Shown: positions 1 through 12,584, counted from the first letter of the stretch. The stretch is DNA of 57,988 bases from Chiloscyllium plagiosum (GCF_004010195.1 NC_057745.1:26788231-26846218), one strand, 5' to 3'. Numbers and translations: made by a program. The notes: generated by a model not told the origin, from the letters alone.

Positions 1-1360
1 CTCATGAGGAATTGGTAAAGCAAGTATTGGAATCCCTTTCATTGCCAAAGGAAATAGCAATAGTCCACATAAATGGACATCAGCAGGGAAATGATCCCGA
101 AGCAAAGGGAAATAGATTGGCGGATGAAGTCGCTAAGGAGGTAGCTCTGAACCCTCAACCCGCTACAATATATATATTTTGGTCCCTATGGTGCAGGAAC
201 CTGGGGGGAGATCGATATTTAGCGCTAAGGAAGAGAGAGAGTTAGAAGAACTGGGAGCTACGCAGACAGTAGAGGGGCGCTGGATGCTACCCGATGGGCG
301 GGAGATGCTAAATAAGATGATGGTGCGAGAAATTATGGCTGTCTTACACCAGGGGAGTCTCTGGGGAGTGCAAGCAATGTGTGATTTGGTCCTAAGGAAA
401 TATGGATGCAAAGGGATCTATACGATAGCCAAACAGATATGTGAGGGATGTATAACATGCAAGAAAGTCAACAAGAAGGTATTGAGGAAACAAGTCCCAG
501 GTGGGAGAGAACCTGGGCTCCGACCATTTCATTCAAGTAGATTATACCGAATTACCCCGAGTGGGAAGACTGAGGTATATGCTGGTAATGGTTGATCACC
601 AATCTGGATGGGTGGAGGCGTACCCTTTAGCCACTGCCACTGCAAGTGGGTCGTCCAAGATAATACTTGAACACATAATTCCCAGAGATGGGATAGTGGA
701 ATGCATGGATTCAGATCGGGGAATTCATTTTACTTCCAGGGTACTCCAGTGCGTAATGAAGGGTTAGGTATCTCCTGGGAGTTCCACACCCCTTGACACC
801 CACCTTCATCAGGTAAGGTTGAGAAAATGAACCAGACACTCAAGAAGCAGTTATCGAAATTAGTCGTAGAAACCAGACTCCCTTAGACTAAGTGTTTACC
901 TATAGCCCTTTTGCGAGTGCGGACAGCCCCAAGGAAAGATATGGGGCTGTCCCTTATGAGATATTGCTTGGCCTGCCCTATCTGGGAACGAAAGCAGAAC
1001 TGCCAACTCTGGAGACTAAAGATCTGTTCTTTAAAAGGTATATACTGGGCTTGTCCTCGTCTTTGTCTTTTCTTAGGAAGCAAGGATTACTGGCACAGAC
1101 TCCGCCCCTTAAATTCACCGTTCATCCCATCCGACTGGGAGATTGGGTCCTAATTAGGTTATAGACAAACTAAATTGCACCCAGATTGGGAGGGACCATA
1201 CCAGGCTTTTTTGACGACTGAAACGACGATACGCACGGCAGAGAAAGGCTGGACTCACTACACCAGGATTAAAGGACCAGGGGAATCCCCACTTAAGAAG
1301 GAAGTTCTGGACAGCCGAATCAACAGAAGAGCCACTGAAACTCAGACTCAAAAACTTTAA
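1..1360 (+). mobile_element. pol: Endogenous retrovirus (class I, gamma/epsilon-like) pol remnant: RNase H C-terminus plus integrase, with frameshifts and stops
   Basis: ORF fragments show RNase H (IAIVHINGHQQG..EAKGNRLADEVAK) and an integrase Zn finger (LHQGS..CEGCITC). The catalytic core reads IQVDYTELP..VMVDHQSGWVEAYP..SDRGIHFTS, and SSGKVEKMNQTLK is readable at ~805-845. The C-terminus is WEGPYQ..LTTETTIRTAEKGWTHYTRIK. The ORF is split across frames. Confidence 0.93.
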
Positions 1361-2218
1361 GTAACTGATTTTTATGCAGACACAGGATAGTTTCTTTTTG
1401 ATATCTGTATATTGTATTGCATGTTAATCTCTCGGTCCTTCAATACTATTGCAGGATGCTGGGGACGCTTAGGGTTACCATATTAGCCTACTTAGTATTG
1501 GGATCTTGTCAAATGATGCTGNNNNNNNNNNNNNNNNNNNNNNNNNNNNNNNNNNNNNNNNNNNNNNNNNNNNNNNNNNNNNNNNNNNNNNNNNNNNNNN
1601 NNNNNNNNNNNNNNNNNNNNNNNNNNNNNNNNNNNNNNNNNNNNNNNNNNNNNNNNNNNNNNNNNNNNNNNNNNNNNNNNNNNNNNNNNNNNNNNNNNNN
1701 NNNNNNNNNNNNNNNNNNNNNNNNNNNNNNNNNNNNNNNNNNNNNNNNNNNNNNNNNNNNNNNNNNNNNNNNNNNNNNNNNNNNNNNNNNNNNNNNNNNN
1801 NNNNNNNNNNNNNNNNNNNNNNNNNNNNNNNNNNNNNNNNNNNNNNNNNNNNNNNNNNNNNNNNNNNNNNNNNNNNNNNNNNNNNNNNNNNNNNNNNNNN
1901 NNNNNNNNNNNNNNNNNNNNNNNNNNNNNNNNNNNNNNNNNNNNNNNNNNNNNNNNNNNNNNNNNNNNNNNNNNNNNNNNNNNNNNNNNNNNNNNNNNNN
2001 NNNNNNNNNNNNNNNNNNNNNNNNNNNNNNNNNNNNNNNNNNNNNNNNNNNNNNNNNNNNNNNNNNNNNNNNNNNNNNNNNNNNNNNNNNNNNNNNNNNN
2101 NNNNNNNNNNNNNNNNNNNNNNNNNNNNNNNNNNNNNNNNNNNNNNNNNNNNNNNNNNNNNNNNNNNNNNNNNNNNNNNNNNNNNNNNNNNNNNNNNNNN
2201 NNNNNNNNNNNNNNNNNN

Positions 2219-2682
2219 GTCAAATCGGTCCAGAGACTTGGGGGGAGCTGAGGTCATGTATAGAAACTCAATGACACCAAAACGGATAAAGGAGGGAACT
2301 ACTCAGCACTCAGGGTTCCCCGGGCAGATCTCTGGTGATACTGTGGAGGCATAATATTGCAACCTACCTAGTCACATAAGGAATGAGATAAATAGAGTAA
2401 GGGCGACAGGCTTAGAGTAATGGGAGAAGTAAACAGAGGCAGAGAGAAGCTAGGCAAAGGTGGAGCAAAGCTAGAGTTGTGATTGGTTACTTTTACTGTA
2501 GCACGTAGCCTATGGGGTGAAAGGGGAGGACAGAGACGCAGCTGAACAGCATAAATCAGAATGTAACCCCCAGATCGGGGTGCTCATTAGGCACCCATTC
2601 TTGCAAGTACATATCAATAAAATTCGCTGCTTCAGAATTTGACTCGGACTGAAATTTATTAATATGTGAGTTTTGTTTCTCA
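2219..2682 (+). mobile_element. Probable 3' LTR of the same ERV
   Basis: Follows pol across a gap. It has a TATA-like ATAAAT at ~2550, a GGGTGC/GCACCC hairpin at 2578-2596 and AATAAA at 2616-2621, and ends in CA at 2681-2682. At 2683 the sequence switches to the ZP3-downstream unit (atactcttcctgctgttg), which is seen uninterrupted at ~34616. Confidence 0.65.
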
Positions 2683-3842
2683 ATACTCTTCCTGCTGTTG
2701 GAGTTGCAGGAGACACAATGTTTTGAGAGTTTGCCTTTCATCAAGGGGGTATTAATGGGAACTGACTGTTGGACCAGGAAGAGAGGGAGGACTGCAGGTG
2801 TGGAGGTCAGTCAAAACGTGGTGCTGGAAGAGCACAACTGCTCAGGCAGCATCTGAGGAACAGGAGAGTCAACATTTCAAGCATAAGCTTGGCATCAGGA
2901 ATGTGGGAGGGGTATCCAAGGGGAGGGGCTTGGACCAGGGTGAAAAGTAGCTGGGAATACAGGAGTTAGGAGGGATGGTGTTAGTGATACATCAAATACA
3001 TCCAAGGTGGTCTAAACTACTCACTGGAAGCAGCAAATATCTGCCATAACCCAATCATTCAGGAAACTCAGTTCATGGATTGGAGGGGTTAAACCCAGAG
3101 ATTGTACCCAGGAATAGTTTAAATTAAAGAAGGATGCAGAAACAAACCAGGTCCAGAGAGAAGACACCATGAATCACTGCTTTATTGACTATTCCAATCA
3201 CCAGTTGATGGGTGTTTGCTTGTGTCTCATGTACAGGAACAAGGCCAGCAATGAAGCAGAGATCAGACAGACAGCTGTCACAGTCAGGACTACCATCACA
3301 ACCAGCTCTGACTCCACACCTACAAAACAAGGAGAAACCACTGGTTACTGAGGGAAAACAGGGACAGAAAGGGAAACTAGCAGGCAGCCAACTCACCGCT
3401 TGGAGACCTCTCCTGCATCCTTCTGTCACCCTCAGTCAGGGGCTGAGTTGCCAGGTTGGTCAGCTCAGTATCCAGAATGATCAGGGGGCCAAGTGAGGCC
3501 TCCCCCTCCCACTTCAATCCAGCTTCCCTCTCTGCAAGATCAACATCCCAGTCAGGGAGGGGGAGTGGGAGTGAGGAGAGAGCCCCAATATCTAGAGGGT
3601 CAACATCCTACCAGCTTCAGAGTAAAGGTCTCTCCTTCCTCTGGAGGGGATCAGGATCTCCCTTGTGCTCCCACAGTTCCCCACATGGCAACAGGCACAA
3701 ATGTCACTGTCTGACTCCTCCAATGGGGTCCAGCTAAACAAACAGCCCATCAACCACATGTTGCATCACCTCTCCCAACAACATCCCTGAGGGACGGAGA
3801 GGGAACTTACATATTCTGCAGCTTCTGGAAAGTACAAGCTTT

Positions 3843-4187
3843 CAAAGTTTGGGAGAAGATTTGTAGCTCGGGTGCCCGTTATGGTTCTGTTCACCAAGCT
3901 GGGAATTTGTCAGTTGTCCGCTGCAGTGGTCGGTATATTGGGTCCAGGTCGATGTGCTTGTTGATGGAATCTGTGGATGAGCACAGATCGACCTGGACCC
4001 AATATACCGAGCACTGCAGCTACAGCTGGAACTGACAACCAGAAGCAGCAGATTCAAGCCACTATAAATGCCGGAGGAAGATCACAGAAGTGCTTCACAG
4101 GAGGCTCCCAAGCACTGAGGATGTCACCGAGACAGGGGACGAAATGTCTGCAACACAAATTCCAGCTCGGCAAACAGAACAACAGTC
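3843..4187. mobile_element. Penelope-like element fragment with inverted structure, inserted in exon 6 of ZP3 copy 1
   Basis: Flanked by an 8-bp direct repeat CAAGCTTT (3835-3842 and 4188-4195). It has an internal inverted repeat at 3921-4019. The minus strand reads SINKHIDLDPIYRPLQR, resembling a PLE ORF C-terminus. A hammerhead core CTGAGGA..GAAA lies at 4115-4144. Confidence 0.8.
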
Positions 4188-5756
4188 CAAGCTTTATTCC
4201 TGGAATCTCCCTGATCCACTGCAGCAACTCAGGTGACGGGTGATGAACATCTGAGGGAATGTCAGGGACAGTCACAAAAGTCAGTGTTTAGTGACTCCCT
4301 CCCCCGGGTGGAGAAGCACATCAGCAGATTCCTCGTACCAAGGATCGCTCATCTCCATAGAAACGGAAGGCATCCAGGTCAAACCGGAGTTTGTCCGGCT
4401 CACGCCCGTCTCTCGGCAACACAAAGGTTGAAAAGGAGTCCTCAGCTTTGCTGTCCAGGAGGCAACTGCAGATGGACAAAGGGCCATGAAGTGAATGGAG
4501 TGAAGCCATTGAGATGGGAGCAGCTGGAGAAAGCAGAGAGCTCCTTACCCATTGTAGTCAATGATGCTGTATCTCGGGGTGGAGTCCTTGTCTGGGCTCA
4601 GTGTAGCTACACAGCGATGTACAGCTTCAGGGGCACATGGTTGGCCATTGAAACCAATGCCTCAATGTGAATGAGGTCTCCCAGGGAGTAGACAGTGGAA
4701 GTGCGCTCTGTCAGCCAGTCACCTGAAGTACAGCAAGACAAGGGTTGGAGCCAATGGGTACAACTCCCAGAGAGAGAGACACCAGGAGATCCCTCCCCAG
4801 CCACCCATCACATACCATTCATTAGATGCAGGGAGAATGACAGATGCCCATGTTGCCCTTCCGGAGGTGGGGAAGGGAGGAAAGGGAGGGAAGAGAAGAG
4901 AGAAGGAGACAGGACAGCCATTTTGACAATCAAGTAAAGTTTCTCAGCTCAAATAACGACATGCAATGGGAACAACAGCACCACTGGTTCTCACAATGAC
5001 AGATCCAGGATAGTTTGGGATATGGGTCAGGAGGGTGGTGTAGATCAGGAAATCTCCAGTCATCTGAAAGACACCAGGTTAAGGAATGAGGGGCTAATGT
5101 GAAATGAGAAGGTTCTACACAGGGTTCACAATGACACCATCCCATTGGGACGATTCTTTCAGGGTGTGATAGGCTCAGGAGGCTGCTTCTACCAACAACC
5201 ACCAACTCCACCCCCACATTCCCAGAGCTGGAGAGACCACTGTTCAAGAGCAATAGGTCACAGGTCAAGGATTAGTCATTTAGGATCAGTTTAACAAGAT
5301 TGACATCATACCAAAGATCAGATTTGAATTCCTGATGCAAAAGTTAGTTTAAAGGAGGATGGGTGTTGGGCTTCCAGACAGTATTTGCAATAAATATTGA
5401 GGGAACAGGGACATTATTATTACAGAAAGAGGTTGCCAGGATCTTTTGGCCATCTAATTCCCAATGTAATCAGGAAACCTCTAGATTTGAGGAGAGATTA
5501 ATGATGCAATACCTGGAGATTAGCAGCAAGCTGAAACAATAAAAGCTGTGTCCAAGAGCTGAGAAAAGTAGAGAAAACAATAGGACACCAGAATGAAATC
5601 AAAACAGTTTTACCGACAGGCCAAGTGTGGAACCCCTCAAGTACAGAGCAGTCAGTTTATTTATACAATAACCCCCCCAGTCAGAAGGAGGTAAAGTCCA
5701 TTTACCTGATGAAATGGAAGATACTTTCCCCTCAAACTAAACACATCATGCTGCTA

Positions 5757-5848
5757 TCCTGATGAAGGGCTTCTGCCCAAAGTGTCAATTTTCCTGCTCC
5801 TCGGATGCTGACTGACCTGCTGTGCTTTTGCAGCATCACACTAATCTA
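5757..5848 (+). mobile_element. Short Penelope-associated repeat with a decayed hammerhead motif, in intron 1 of copy 1
   Basis: CTGATGAAGGGCTTCTGCCCAAAGTGTC followed by ctcctcggatgctg..acctgctgtgcttt. Absent from intron 1 of the other copies. Confidence 0.7.
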
Positions 5849-7504
5849 TGTTGCTAGATTAGTTGCATTCCTATAACATCTCTACAGCAAAACTACACAG
5901 TGGAATGATGCACTGTGGAAGGTCACTAAAACAATTCAGGAGAAAGTTCACAGTATCCAAACATTCACAAATCACCACATGATACCCAATTCATACTGAG
6001 AAAACATACATTGTTCTGTTACATGTATATAACCAGAAGCTTCCAAACCAGTGAACATGGCAGCACAAGACTAGAGAAGGAGAACAGTTAAGGCAGAGTC
6101 CAATCCAGGATAGGAACCTAGTCTGAGGTATTTGAGAAAGCAGGAGGAGAATGGTCCTTCCCAATATCAAAGATCTCAACCAGGAATCATTGACAGCCCT
6201 AACTTCCAGCAAGTGTAGACAACCCCCATTACCTGCAATCTGCTGCCGCACTCATGCAGCCCATAGTCAAAGAGGACAGTCTGGTTCTCAGGGTAGACCC
6301 TGGTTGGCCGACAACCTGCTGTCCCCAGGGTCAGGTCAGCAGCTTTAATCAGGTGCCTGGTTCCAAATAAACCAGCTGGGCCCTGACCAACAGGTTGTGC
6401 TCTCCACACTGCACCATCACAGTCTGCAGTGGGGACACACTCACAACCTCAGACATTCAGAAACTAGAACCAATAGGATGCCCATGAGGAGGCACTCTCT
6501 CAGGAACAGGGCTGGCTCTCACTATTGTCCGTGGAAACCTCTGGCTCAGAAACTGTTGCCATGTTTCAGAGCAACAAACAGCTCCAACTAACACCAACAA
6601 AGGGAACAAACCCCTCACTACAAAATCACCCATGATCACAAACAACACCACCATCCCCACACACCCCCAACCAGCTCCTTTTAGACACACAACCTGCTCT
6701 CACCTGACACCAATGTGACCAGAAGCAGCAACATTGAACCAATCAACCAGCCCCAATCTCTATAATTTCCACCAATGACTGAACTCATCGAGTTATTACC
6801 AGGAGGTAATATTTCGTTTGGACCAATAGGAGTGGCTGTGAGCTGCTGTGCTGTCACCTGACTGAATTCAGTTCCACAAGGTCTCATGGTGAAGGCCCCA
6901 TGGATACAATCATCAAACGTAGCTCATTGATCCAGGAGGGTGTCTGCTGGGTAATGCCCACCCTCACCCGAGGGACTGACAGTGAGACCCAAGGAGAGAA
7001 TATCTGAGGATGGGGTTTGGGTAGAACAAAGGGATTGACTTTATACTACACCTCCCCCTGGACGTGTTTGATGGAAGCAATATGGAAGAAGCTTTATTCT
7101 GTATCTAAACATGTCATGTCCTTGTCTGGGGAGTGTTTGATCGGCACAATGCAGGGAGAGCTCAACTTTCTGTTTATTTTTAATTCACAGCGTAGATGTG
7201 GTTTTACTCTGTATTTCACTGCGTGCTGTCTGTGTCCTGGGAGTCTTTGATGGGGACAGCATTCCTTCCAGTTTACAAGAATAGAGGAAGCTTTAGTTTC
7301 AGTTGCAGAGAGTAGAATCTTTTACTCTGTTTCTAACTCGGTGATGTCCCTGTATTGAAAGTGTTTGATGTAGACAGTGTAGCTATACATTTAGTTTAAA
7401 AGTGTAGAGACAGCTTTCTGTTCAGTGACAATGAGCAGAGGAAGCTCATGTTTCGAGTCCCACGCTGACCTTGCTCTGGCGGAGTTTCATGAGGATGGTA
7501 TTGT

Positions 7505-8215
7505 GGAAGAAAGTGAGTGCAGATGCTGGAGACCAGAGTCGAAACGTGTGGCACTGGAAAAGCACAACAGGTCATGCAGCATCCGAGGAGCATGAGAGTC
7601 CACTTTCCCAGTAGGAGCTGTTCATCAGGATTGTGGATTGGGAAAGGGGGCTGAGAGATAAATAGGAGGCTAGGGGTGGGGGCAAGTTAGCTGGGATGGC
7701 GATAGGTAGATGCAGGTGTGGGGTTTTGAGGGAACTGAAATGTCATTTTGAAAGGAAAGACGTGGTGTCACGTTTGCATATTGGTTAGCACTGCTGCCTC
7801 ACAGCGCCAGGGACATGGGTTCAATTCTCTTTTGAGGATTGTCCCAGGGTTAGGTCTGGGATAAACTGGGGAAGGGAAATCTACATGGATCCCATGTAGT
7901 TGGTGGGTGCCAAAGATGGAAGATGGTGCTCATCCTTCAGTTGTTGGTGGCTAGAATTTGGTGGCAGAGGCAGCAGAGGACATGCATGTCTGTGGCAAAG
8001 GGGGAAGTTGGAGTGTTCACCCACAGGGTGCTGGGGTTAAGTGTGTGTCCCAGAGATGTGCTACAGTTTGGTGAAACCCATTGGCAGAGCAAAGGGGTAA
8101 CTATGGGCACCTGCATGGCCCCATGCTCTGCCTCCCTTTGGCAGGTACAAACAGTTCATCTTCTGCAGCTATACTGACACCATTATACATCTTGCCCTCC
8201 ATTACTTGAAGATGC
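7505..8215. mobile_element. Composite of a Penelope-associated repeat, a SINE head (~7765-7828) and a degenerate Penelope RT fragment (~8060-8200)
   Basis: Contains the gcagatgctggaga..ctggaaaagcac..gcagcatccgaggagc repeat and a ggttagcactgctgcctcacagcgccagggac tRNA-like head. The translation QSKGVTMGTCMAP resembles the PLE RT motif B (GxxMG). Confidence 0.6.
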
Positions 8216-8930
8216 TATGGTTACCATCTTGTGATGCCACAAGGGGGGAGAACAGTTCAGTGTTTACTATGGTGGAGGATATGGAAGGTGTGGAATGTGG
8301 GAGAATAGACAGTGACATCTTCATAAATGTCCATATTAGAGGTGGTACTTGATTTCTTCAACCACATCCCCTGTCCAGGAGGGGTGAGTAGAGTTTACAT
8401 TCAACTCTGAACAAACGACTAGGGCCATCAATATTCAAAATTAGATTCCTACTCAGTCAAATGACCACAGCCCTTCAGGACTTGCCAACACAGCTTTATT
8501 GTTTAGGGGCATGATACTTTTCAGTCCAGTTTGAAATCCCAATACTGCAGAGGTCAGAAATCAGAGGGATAACAATTCACAAACACAACAGGACTGGCAG
8601 CATCTCAGGAGATGGTAACATTGGGAATCCACTTGGACACTTCTGAAGAGAATCAGAACAGACTGGAAACACCAGCTGTTCCTCCCTCAGACACTGCCAC
8701 ATCAGAGCCATTCCTCCTGCACATTCTGCAAACAGTGAGTTAATCAGAATGGAAAGCCCCTCTACTCACTGGGGTCGGTCGGTCGGTCAATCAACTCGAT
8801 CCCTAGATTGGAGGGGCTCAACCCAGGGATTGTACCCAGGAATATTTTAAAACTAAAAAAAAAGGAACATGAAACAAAACCAGCTCCAGACAGAAGAAAC
8901 CATGAATCACGGCTTTATTGACTATTTCAA

Positions 8931-11565
8931 TCACCAGTTGATGGGTGTTTGCTTGTGTCTCCTGTACAGGAACAAGGCCAGCAATGAAGCAGAGATCAGA
9001 CAGACAGCTGTCACAGTCAGGACCACCATCACAGCCAGCTCTGACTCCACACCTACAAAGCAAGGAGAAACCAATGGTTACTGAAGGAAAACAGGGACAG
9101 AAAGGGAAACTAGCAGGCAGCCAACTCACCGCTTGGAGACCTCTCCTGTATCCTTCCGTCACCCTCAGTCAGGGGCTGAGTTGGCAGGTTGGTCAGCTCA
9201 GTATCCAGAATGATCAGGGGGCCAAGTGAGGCCTCCCCCTCCCACTTCAATCCAGCTTCACTCTCTGCAAGATCAAACATCAGTCAGGAAGAGGGGGGGT
9301 GGGGAGGGGGGGGGGGTGGAGAGAGTGGGGTGGAGATACCCAGAGGGTCAATGTCCTACCAACTTCAGGGCCAAGGTCTCTCCTTCCTCTGAAAGGGAAG
9401 AGGATCTCCCTTGTGCTCCCACAGTTCCCCACATGGCAACAGGCACAAATGTCACTGTCTGACTCCTCCAATGGGGCCCAGCTAAACAAGAGAAACAACC
9501 CATCAACCACATGGTGCATCACCTCTCCCAACAACAACATCCCTGAGGGACAGGGAGAGGGAAACTCACATATTCTGCAGCTTCTGGAAAGTACAAGCTT
9601 TGTTCCTGGAATCTCCCTGATCCACTGCAGCAACTCTCAGGTAACAGGTGATGAACATCTGAGGGACACAGAACAAGACAGTGTTTAGTGACTCCCTCCC
9701 CAGGGTGGAGAACCACATCAGCAGTTTCCTCTTACCAAGGAACGCTCATCGCCATAGAAACGGAAGGCATCCAGGTCAAACCGGAGCTTGTCCAGCTCCC
9801 GCCCGTCTCTCAGCAACACAAAGGTTGAAAAGGAGTCCTCAGCTTTGCTGTCCAGGAGGCAACTGCAGATGGACAAAGGGCCATGAAGTGAATGGAGTGA
9901 AGCCATTGAGATGGGAGCAGCTGGAGAAAGCAGAGAGCTCCTTACCCATTGTAGTCAATGATGCTGTATCTCAGGGTGGAGTCCTTGTCTGGGCTCAGTG
10001 TAGCTACACAGCGATCAATGTACAGCTTCAGGGGCACATGGTTGGCCATTGAAACAGATGCCTCAATGTGAATGAGGTCTCCCAGGGAGTAGACAGTGGA
10101 AGTGCGCTCGGTCAGCCAGTCACCTGAAGTACAGCAAGACAAGGGTTGGAGACAATGGGTACAACTCCCAGAGAGACACCAGGAGATCCCTCCCCAGCCA
10201 CCCATCACGTGGATCATACTGATAATAGAGTAAAGATTCTCACCTCAAATAACGACATTCAATGGGAACAACAGCACCATTGGTTCTCACAATGAGAGAT
10301 CCAGGATAGTTTGGGATGTGGGTCAGGTGGGTGGTGTAGATCAGGAAATCTCCAGTCATCTGGAAGACACCAGGTTAAGGAATGAGGAGCTGGTCTGAAA
10401 TGAGAAGGTTCTACACAGGGTTCACAATGACATCATATTAGGACATTCTTTAGAGAGTGCAACAGGCCCAGGAGACTGCTTTCCCACACCCTGAGCTAGA
10501 GAGACCAGTATTCAAGGGCAATAGTTCACAGGTCAGTGGTTAGTTATTTAGGATCAATTTAACAGTGTAAGACATCATTCCAACTATCAGGATGGGAATT
10601 CCTGAACCAAAAGTTGTTTGAAAGGAGGGTGTTGGGCTCACAGACGAAGTGAGAGATAATATTGAGGGAACAGGGAGGTGGTGATGATTGTTATCACAGA
10701 GAAGAGGTTACAGGAATATTTTGGCCATCATCATCTCCCAGTGTAATCATGAAACCTTCAGATTATGAGCACAATATGGAGATTAATAGGAAGGTGAGGC
10801 AAGAAAACAGTGTTCATGAGATGGGAACAGAAAATAATTAGCCATAATAAAATCAAACGAGTTTGACCAACAGGCCAAATGTGGAGCTCCTCAAGTACAA
10901 GAGCAGTCAATTTATTCATAGACGAGCACCCCCAGTGGGAGGGAGTCAAGAAAATTTGCCTGATAGTTATGGAGCTACTTTCCATCCAACTAAACACAAA
11001 TCATGCTGCTAAGAGTTGTGTTCCTGTGACCTCACTATTGAGAATGTAATTATAATATAGAAAGCCACACTATAGTAGGTCACTAAACCAAGTCGGGAGA
11101 ACACTCAGCATCAAAACACCACCCACAAGTCAACCCATGATACTTAATTCATACTGATAAACATACATTGTAACAGAACAACCCCTCTAATCAGAGGCTT
11201 CTAAACCAATGAGAACAGGAGCACAAGGCTAGACTTGGAAAACAGTTCAGGGACAGACAATCCAGGAGGGGAACCTCGTCTGGTAATTTGAGAGTAGGAG
11301 ACAAGTCCTCAATATTATCACATTTAGGGTTACAGTCAGGAATCATCTACAGCCCAAGCTTCCAGCAAGTGTAGACAACCCCCATTACCTGCAATCTGCT
11401 GCCACACTCATGCAGCCCATAGTCAAAGAGGACAGTCTGGTTCTCAGGGTAGACCCTGGTTGGCTGACAACCTGCTGTCCCCAGGGTCAGGTCAGCAGCT
11501 TTAATCAGGTGCCTGGTTCCAAATAAATCCAGCTGAGCCCTGACCAGCAGGTTGTGCTCTCCACA
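8931..11565 (-). pseudogene. zp3: ZP3-like copy 2, 5'-truncated pseudogene
   Basis: Exons 4-9 and exon 2 (10244-10359) are present. Exon 3 is deleted entirely at ~10208. Exon 1 is retained only at 11389-11565. The start codon, signal peptide and core promoter are replaced by an insertion. The stop is at 8931-8933 and AATAAA at 8914-8919. Confidence 0.93.
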
Positions 11566-11977
11566 AGAGGTGGGCGCCGCAGGGAGTGGAGTGCATCATT
11601 TCTCCCTCCAATTCTATTTTGATTTAGTCCCTACCCTCCCCTTCACTGTTTTGATCACACAGCACTGCCCACTGATGTGAAGGGCAGTGTTTGTCACTGG
11701 CCACCCGGGTGTTTTCCTATCATCCTGGTGGTGGAAATTGAATAAAGATTCGTGCACTTTGTGTCTTACACTGTGTCTCACACCTGCGCACACACACACC
11801 ATGGGTGCTGAGGATAAAATAAGCACTACCGCACTTAGGTGGTAGTGTGGGGTTAAAAAAAGAAAGGGGGGAGGAAAAAAAAATACACAGGAGGGAGCAC
11901 TTTGTGTCTAAGAAAAAGAAAAAGAAAAAAAAGAAAAAAAAAAAAAAACACAGGAGGGAGCACTTTGTGAAAAAAAA
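11566..11977 (+). mobile_element. 3' end of a non-LTR retrotransposon (Tx1/L1-like) with poly(A) tails
   Basis: Reads RWAPQGVECIISPSNSILI* (stop 11625-11627), similar to Tx1-clade ORF2 C-termini. It has AATAAA at 11741-11746, stem-loops and several A-runs. There is no TSD, and ~480 bp of host sequence is missing. Confidence 0.7.
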
Positions 11978-12584
11978 GGCCCCATGGATACAAGTAGCTC
12001 ATTGATCCAGGGGGGTGTCTGCTGGGTCCTGCCTCCCTCCCTCACCCGAGGGACTGATAGTGAGACCCACGGAGAGATTGTCTGAGGATGGGGTTTGGGT
12101 AGAACAAAGGGATTGACCTTATACTACACCTCCTCCTGTAAGTGTTTGATGGAGTCAATATGGAAGATGCATTATTCTGTATGTTAACTTGTCATGTCCC
12201 TGTCTGGGGAGTGTTTGATCGGGACAATGCAGGGAGAGCTTTACTTTCACTTTCCTTTTCATTCATAGACTCGAGGCAGTTTTACTCTGTATTTCACTGC
12301 GTGCTGTCTCTGTCCTGGGAACCTTTGATGGGGACAGCTTTCCTTCCAGTTTTCAAGAAAGGAGGAAGATTTCGTTTCAGTTGGAAAGAGTAGAATCTTT
12401 TACTCTGTTTATAACTCAGGGATATCCCTGTATTGAAAGTGTTTGATGTAGACAGTGTAGCTGTACATTTAGTTTAAAAGTGTAGAGACAGCTTTCTGTT
12501 CAGTGACAATGAGCAGAGGAAGCTCATGTATCGCATCCCACACTGACCTTGCTCTGGTGGAGTTTGTTGGGGGATGGTGTTGAG

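Larger units (their letters stand above)
3198..6633 (-). pseudogene. zp3: ZP3-like copy 1, pseudogene
   Basis: Homologous to intact copies 3 and 6. Exon 1 has a nonsense CGA>TGA at 6457-6459 and a 1-nt deletion (401 vs 402 nt). The exon 2 donor is GT>CT (4946-4947). There is a ~60-bp deletion in exon 3 (~4850), a 4-nt deletion in exon 4 (~4618), and a 2-nt deletion plus a Penelope insertion in exon 6. TATA is mutated to TCTAAAA (6679-6685). The stop is at 3198-3200 and AATAAA at 3181-3186. Confidence 0.93.

Noticed and set aside
1417-2354. Long ORFs containing X runs (also at the other five gaps)
   Set aside because: They are artefacts of translating N.
3124-3429. Cys-rich ~100-aa ORF ([17 protein letters not shown]) open in all six copies
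   Set aside because: It is an alternative frame over exon 8, intron 8 and exon 9 with a GTG start. The Cys richness comes from the GTG/CTG codons of the TM exon, and recent duplication explains the conservation.
4233-4670. Recurrent ~123-aa ORFs ([10 protein letters not shown]...) and similar ORFs repeated in every unit
   Set aside because: They are antisense shadows of ZP3 exons and introns 4-5. They recur only because the gene is duplicated, and mostly have non-ATG starts.
6681-6887. 68-aa ORF (MRPCG..WLIGSMLLLLVTLVSG) upstream of each gene
   Set aside because: It overlaps the promoter upstream of TATA. The ATG is absent in copies 3 and 5 and the frame is broken in copy 5.
9292-9333. Expanded G-tract (G-quadruplex potential) in intron 7 of copy 2
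   Set aside because: It is homopolymer slippage in a pseudogene and is not shared by the intact copies.
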